From the NCBI RefSeq assembly GCF_009914755.1, contig NC_060926.1: a stretch of DNA of 64,000 nucleotides; one strand, 5' to 3'. Source of the stretch: the human T2T-CHM13v2.0 reference genome, Homo sapiens. The position numbers and the translations under genes are program-made. Shown here one piece after another: positions 57,600-64,000 of this stretch (within the stretch, counting starts at the first letter, position 1; each line of letters begins with the position of its first letter). The notes beneath the pieces are model-generated. The model saw nothing but the letters and a program-made list of their open reading frames with translations, did no database searches and was not told the DNA's origin.

Positions 57600-58795
57600 C
57601 TCTAGGTTGTTATTTTCAGTAGACATTTTTAAGTCCTTATCTATTATAATTCAAAGTAGCATTAGACACCATTAATCATCCTCTTTCTTTTGAAATTTTC
57701 TCTCCCTCAGCTTTCATGAACAATATACTCTTCTAATCCACCCCACTTCCCACCTTTCTGGCTCATCCACATTAACTTTTACTACTACCTCCTCCTCTTA
57801 GAGTTTAGACAATTGAGGTCCCTGTCCTCAAGATTTGATCTTTATTTCTCACCTTTTTATGATATCTTTTCTCCCTTCACAATCACATCCACATCTGTGA
57901 ATTTATTTAATTTTTTCTTTCTCTGTTCCTGAGCTTCCTTCTGAATTCCAGACTCATCACCTTCTTTTTACATGGCAGTTGCATTTGGCCATTTCAAAAG
58001 ACAACTCTATCTCATCACATCTAAAGATGAACTTGATATTTTTTATTAAATACCGTGACCACCTCTGGCATTCCCTATTTAATTGAATGGGCCACGATCC
58101 ATCTTGTTAAGCAAATTAGAAATCCAGATTTTAGATTCTTCTTTTATCTTTTCTTCCCACATCAAATCAATTTCCATGTTCTGTCATATATATATACATA
58201 TATATATTCTAAATAAGTGCTCCATCCCTACTACCACTTTGGTGAAAGTTTCTACCTCACTTGGACTACTGCAACAGATTCCATCTCATCTTTCCCCTTC
58301 CAATTTTGACCACCTTGAATCTGTTTTCACAGTGAGAGAACAGTGATATATTTTAAAGACAGATATGTGTACATTTTCTTGTTATAAATCTTTCAAATAT
58401 GTCCATAGTTCTTGAGATAAATTTGCATTCAAGGTTCACACCCCCACTTCGAAAATTTCACTTTGACCTTCCTACTCATGTCATTGCCCAGCTCCACCCT
58501 GAGTTAATACCGCCTTCAGCAAGTTAGATCCTTCTCATTCATCATCGCAGTCCTACCATCTCTCCCTAAGAGGAGCCTTACAATATACACAGCCTAGAAA
58601 TATCTCCCATTACAACCTCTCACAGTTGTCCCCTCTTTATAATAATTGTTATAATAATTTATAATTATACATGTGTGTCATTAATTAGATGATAAGCTTC
58701 ACAGGGTGACATTTCTGTCTATTTGTATTCATCTAAGTGATAACCCGGTTGCTGAAACACATATTAGGCACTTAAGAAATGTTTTTTGAATATCT
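57600..58795 (+). mobile_element. L2 LINE
   Basis: gcattagacaccattaatcatcctctttcttttgaaa; cacatctaaagatgaacttg; ttagatgataagcttcacaggg; ggcacttaagaaatgttttttgaat. Confidence 0.75.
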
Positions 58796-58964
58796 AAAGA
58801 CCTGGTTTATCATATGCATCATTAAGCTGAATTGCATCACTATAGTTGCTTTGTATTCCCTGCGTGTTCTCACTTTTCCATAATCTTAAGTTTGCTTTAA
58901 TAGCATCTGTCTTTCAATATTGCCTCAGTATCTCTTATGATCTATAAGGAAGCCAAAACAAGGT

Positions 58965-59190
58965 CAAGAATATGGTCTGTACAGGAGATGGCATGGTTCA
59001 AACGACTTCTCCACTCCTGTAACCTTGAGATATTTGGCAAGCTACTTAATAGCTTCATGTCTTAGTTCCTTCATCTGTAAAAATGGGGATTAATAACAAT
59101 TGACATCATAAGGTTGTTGAAAATTAAATAAAACTGTCTACTTAACTACTTTAGAACAGCACATAATACATGCACAATAAATATTAGTAA
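58965..59190 (+). mobile_element. MIR SINE (MIRb-like)
   Basis: ggcaagctacttaatagcttcatgtcttagttccttcatctgtaaaaatgggga...caataaatattag. Confidence 0.75.
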
Positions 59191-59845
59191 GTGTTCCCTA
59201 TCAGATTTTTCACATATTGGACATTTTTAGCAATATATAGTGCAATATTTGTTACAGATGCTCCATTTTTGAGACTGGTTAGTGTGAACAGTTCCGTAGT
59301 AGAAATTTGGAATCTGTTCAAAAAATTGGTTTATGAAGCCATGTATTTTTTCCCCAGTAATGATACAGTTTTTATAAACTCTAAAGTGAATACAGGAAAA
59401 AAGACATTGTCCCAGATGTATGACACTTTAGTGGATAACTCAGATCTTCAGACACTTCTAAAGAAGAAAATGACAAAATACTAGTCAGCCATCCATTTCT
59501 GGTATAAATGCTAAAAGTCTGTGTAGACATTTTCAGTTTGAGCCTTGTCTTTGGTGTCATCTAACAGTAAAAACTGCTTAATTGGATTTTATAGAGAACA
59601 CAATTATTCTTGACTTGATTTTTAAAGAGAATATTTATTTTGATGAAGATTATTGCAACTGCAGAATTTTCTAGTTCACATTGATATGATTCTGGAAAAA
59701 CTATTACAAAGTCTAGAGACAATGGGAATAAAAATGTATCTAACACATTGTAACAAAAGATGACAAATATTTGGCATCTTTTTATTGTGCAGTTCTGAAA
59801 ATTATTTGCTCTTCATAATTATCTTGATTTTTTGGTATATTTTAA

Positions 59846-59914
59846 ATTTGGTTATCATATTTATCAAACTTATTTGGTTATCATATTCATCATATGTATT
59901 TGGTTATCATATTT
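59846..59914. repeat. Tandem repeat with 26-bp period (atttggttatcatatt core x3)
   Basis: Cores at 59846, 59872 and 59898. Confidence 0.85.
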
Positions 59915-60848
59915 AGTTTGCATATGCACAGAATTATCCATTGCCAAACAAAAAAATGATATACAGGAAAATACTTAATATTTCCCTTTTTCTCAATTTA
60001 AATGGCACATAAATCTACTGCAGTCATCGGCTGGTTATACAATCTTTCTTTATCTTTCACAGCAGAATTATAGCTGCAAGGCAGCTTCAAGTGTTTTCCC
60101 CAGAGGTAGAGACAATATGAAAAATAAAGCAGTGTGTGAACACTCTCGCTGACTCCATTCTGGACACTTTTGTCTCAACCTGAATATACTGCCAGGCACC
60201 AGGAAGATATAGCTTTAAACAAAGGTAGAGGCAAGAATAACACCTGTCTCAAACTGTGGAAATAGTTTGAATGCTGAAATATTCCTGTTACCTCATATAT
60301 TTAGTATGTAAAATTTGCCAATTAATGTATAACATACAAACTTATAAATCTGTATACAAGGCCAATTAACATGTAAAAAGACTGTCAACTTTATTACTGA
60401 AATCTTCTATGTAAATTTAAAAAGTGATAGAATTGTAATCTAATTAATTAAAAATAAAGGATTATAATAGTCTGAGTAGAGGATGGCTTTGCTGAATATG
60501 TACTCACAAACTCCTTTCATTTATGTAGTACAACCTACTGGAGGACAATTTTAAAATATATTTTTAAAGTGTTTCAAATGTGAAAATGTTTTGACCCAGG
60601 GTTTTTCCACTTTCTAGAAATTTGTATTGAATATTTTGGCTAGCAAAAGAAATACTTTAAGAAGACTTATTTATTTTTTGATAAGTGTTTCTCTATAAAA
60701 CAGTTTTAGAATTTTTTTTAAGTTACCCAGATAGGGTCCCCATATACCTTATGCCCAGTTTCCCTTATCATGAGCATCTTACTTTGGTCTGGTATATTTG
60801 TTACTATTAATGAACCAATACTGGTGCATTTTTATTAACTAAAGTTTA

Positions 60849-61146
<298 letters not shown>

Positions 61147-61471
61147 AAGCTTATATTCAGATTCATTCATTTAGTTTTTATCTAATGTTCTTTCTCTGTT
61201 TTGACATCTCTTCCAAGATACCACCTTACATTTATTTAGTTGTTATGACCCCACCGGTGGTGCCTCTTGGCTGTGAGTCTCTCAGACTTTCCTTATTTTT
61301 GATGACCTTGGCAGTTTTGAAAAGTACTGGTATTTTGTAGAGTGTCCCACTATTAGCATTTGTCGGATTTTTTTTAATTTTTAATTTTTATTTTTGCATA
61401 TCTAGATTGGAGTTGCATGTTTTTGAAAAGAAGACCACAGAAGTAAAGTACCATTTTTATAACAAAGGTAC

Positions 61472-61847
61472 TGCTACGGACTGAATAGTGTCCACCTAAA
61501 ATTTATATGTTGATACACTAACTAGTCCCTCGTGTAGTAGTATTTGGAGGTGGGACCTTTAAGAAAAGTAATTAAGATTTAGATTAGGCTTATGACAGTG
61601 GAGCCTCCAGAATGGGATCAGTGTCCTCATAAGTAGAGGAAAAGACACCAGGGCTCCATCTCTCTCCGCCATAAGAGAACATAGTGAAAGTAACATGAAA
61701 TCATCCACTTGCAAACCAGGAAAGAGGCCCTCACAAGGAACCAAATATGTCAGCATCTTGATCTTGGACTTTTCAGCCTCCAGTAATGGAAAAAATAAAT
61801 GTCTGTTATTTAAGCCATCTAGGCTTTGGTATTTTGTTGTATCATCC
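61472..61847 (+). mobile_element. MLT1A0 solo LTR
   Basis: tgctacggactgaatagtgtcc...gtatttggaggtgggaccttt...atcttgatcttggacttttcagcctccag. Confidence 0.85.
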
Positions 61848-62574
<727 letters not shown>

Positions 62575-62990
62575 AGATAACTAATCACTATCAATGTTAA
62601 CTTTGATCACGTGGATGAGGAAGTAGTGTTGGTCAGCTTTCTCTACTATAAAATTACTTTCTGTTGCTCTTTCCATATGGCATTCTTTGAAAGAAAGTCC
62701 ACTCTGTGAAGCCTACCTCAAGGTTAGAATATCTACATATATTATTTGAAATTCTTCTTCACAAGATATTTATCTATTCTCCATTTTTTTAAATTCAATA
62801 ATCTGTTTACATCAGTATGGACTAATGGAAGTTTTATGTTGATATTTATAATGGCACAATTTTGAAAATACTTTAAATGTTCATTTCTAGTGATTAAATA
62901 AAATAGGAAATTTCATACAATGGGGTAATATGGCGCATATAACATGATAATGTTAACATATTTATTGACATAGAAAAATATCCATATCCA

Positions 62991-63275
62991 GGCTGGGCAC
63001 CATGGCTCACGCCTGTAATCCCAGCACTTTGGGAGGCCGAGGTGGGTGAATTACCTGAGGTCAAGAGTTTGAGACAGCCTGGTCAACATGAAAAAAACCC
63101 ATCTCTACTAAAAATATAAAAATTAGCCAGGTGTGGTGCATGCATCTGTAGTCCCAGCTACTCAGGAGGCTGATGCAGGAGAATTGCTTCAACCTGGGAG
63201 GTGGAGGTTGCAGTGAACTTAGATCACACCGCTGCACTCCAGACTGGGCAACAGAGCAAGACTCCATCTCAAAAA
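62991..63275 (+). mobile_element. Alu SINE (AluSx)
   Basis: Full Alu; 16-bp TSD agaaaaatatccatat. Confidence 0.94.
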
Positions 63276-63494
63276 AGAAAAATATCCATATTGATATAAA
63301 AAAAGCAAGATAACTATTCATAATATAGTTGTATTGTTGCAAAAAAGTGTGTAAATTGGAGTGTTTTTTTGAATAATTTTTTAAAGTCTGATTTAAAAAC
63401 AAAGGTATATGTTAAAAGTGGTTTTACCTAGGTATTGGGATTATGGTGGTGGATTTTCACTTTCTATATCATATAGTTTTAATTCTTCTCATCT

Positions 63495-64000
<506 letters not shown>

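Noticed and set aside
59846-59914. CRISPR array
   Set aside because: Eukaryotic context, 10-nt mutually similar spacers, no cas genes

Overview
This is AT-rich, CpG-depleted primate genomic DNA, most likely human or another ape, given the AluY, L1PA3 and HERV-H content. It looks intergenic or deep-intronic, and more than half of it is interspersed repeat. I find no supportable host protein-coding exon, CpG island, tRNA or rRNA. The supplied ORFs are Alu, L1 or ERV remnants, or chance ORFs. The main feature is a two-LTR HERV-H provirus on the minus strand (25059-30714). It is the common env-deleted, pol-deleted type, with a tRNA-His PBS and a 5' LTR7 whose core promoter motifs are still intact. 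Other points of note are a 5'UTR-containing ancient L1MC with a surviving TSD, an internal deletion and a templated insertion; a 29-bp-stem hairpin; an AluYd-type element; an Alu with mixed subfamily markers; several short tandem duplications; and a five-layer nested TE stack. Repeat subfamilies and the boundaries of old repeats were called by eye from remembered consensus sequences and should be confirmed with RepeatMasker/Dfam. I cannot support a claim of a novel biological system from this sequence alone.
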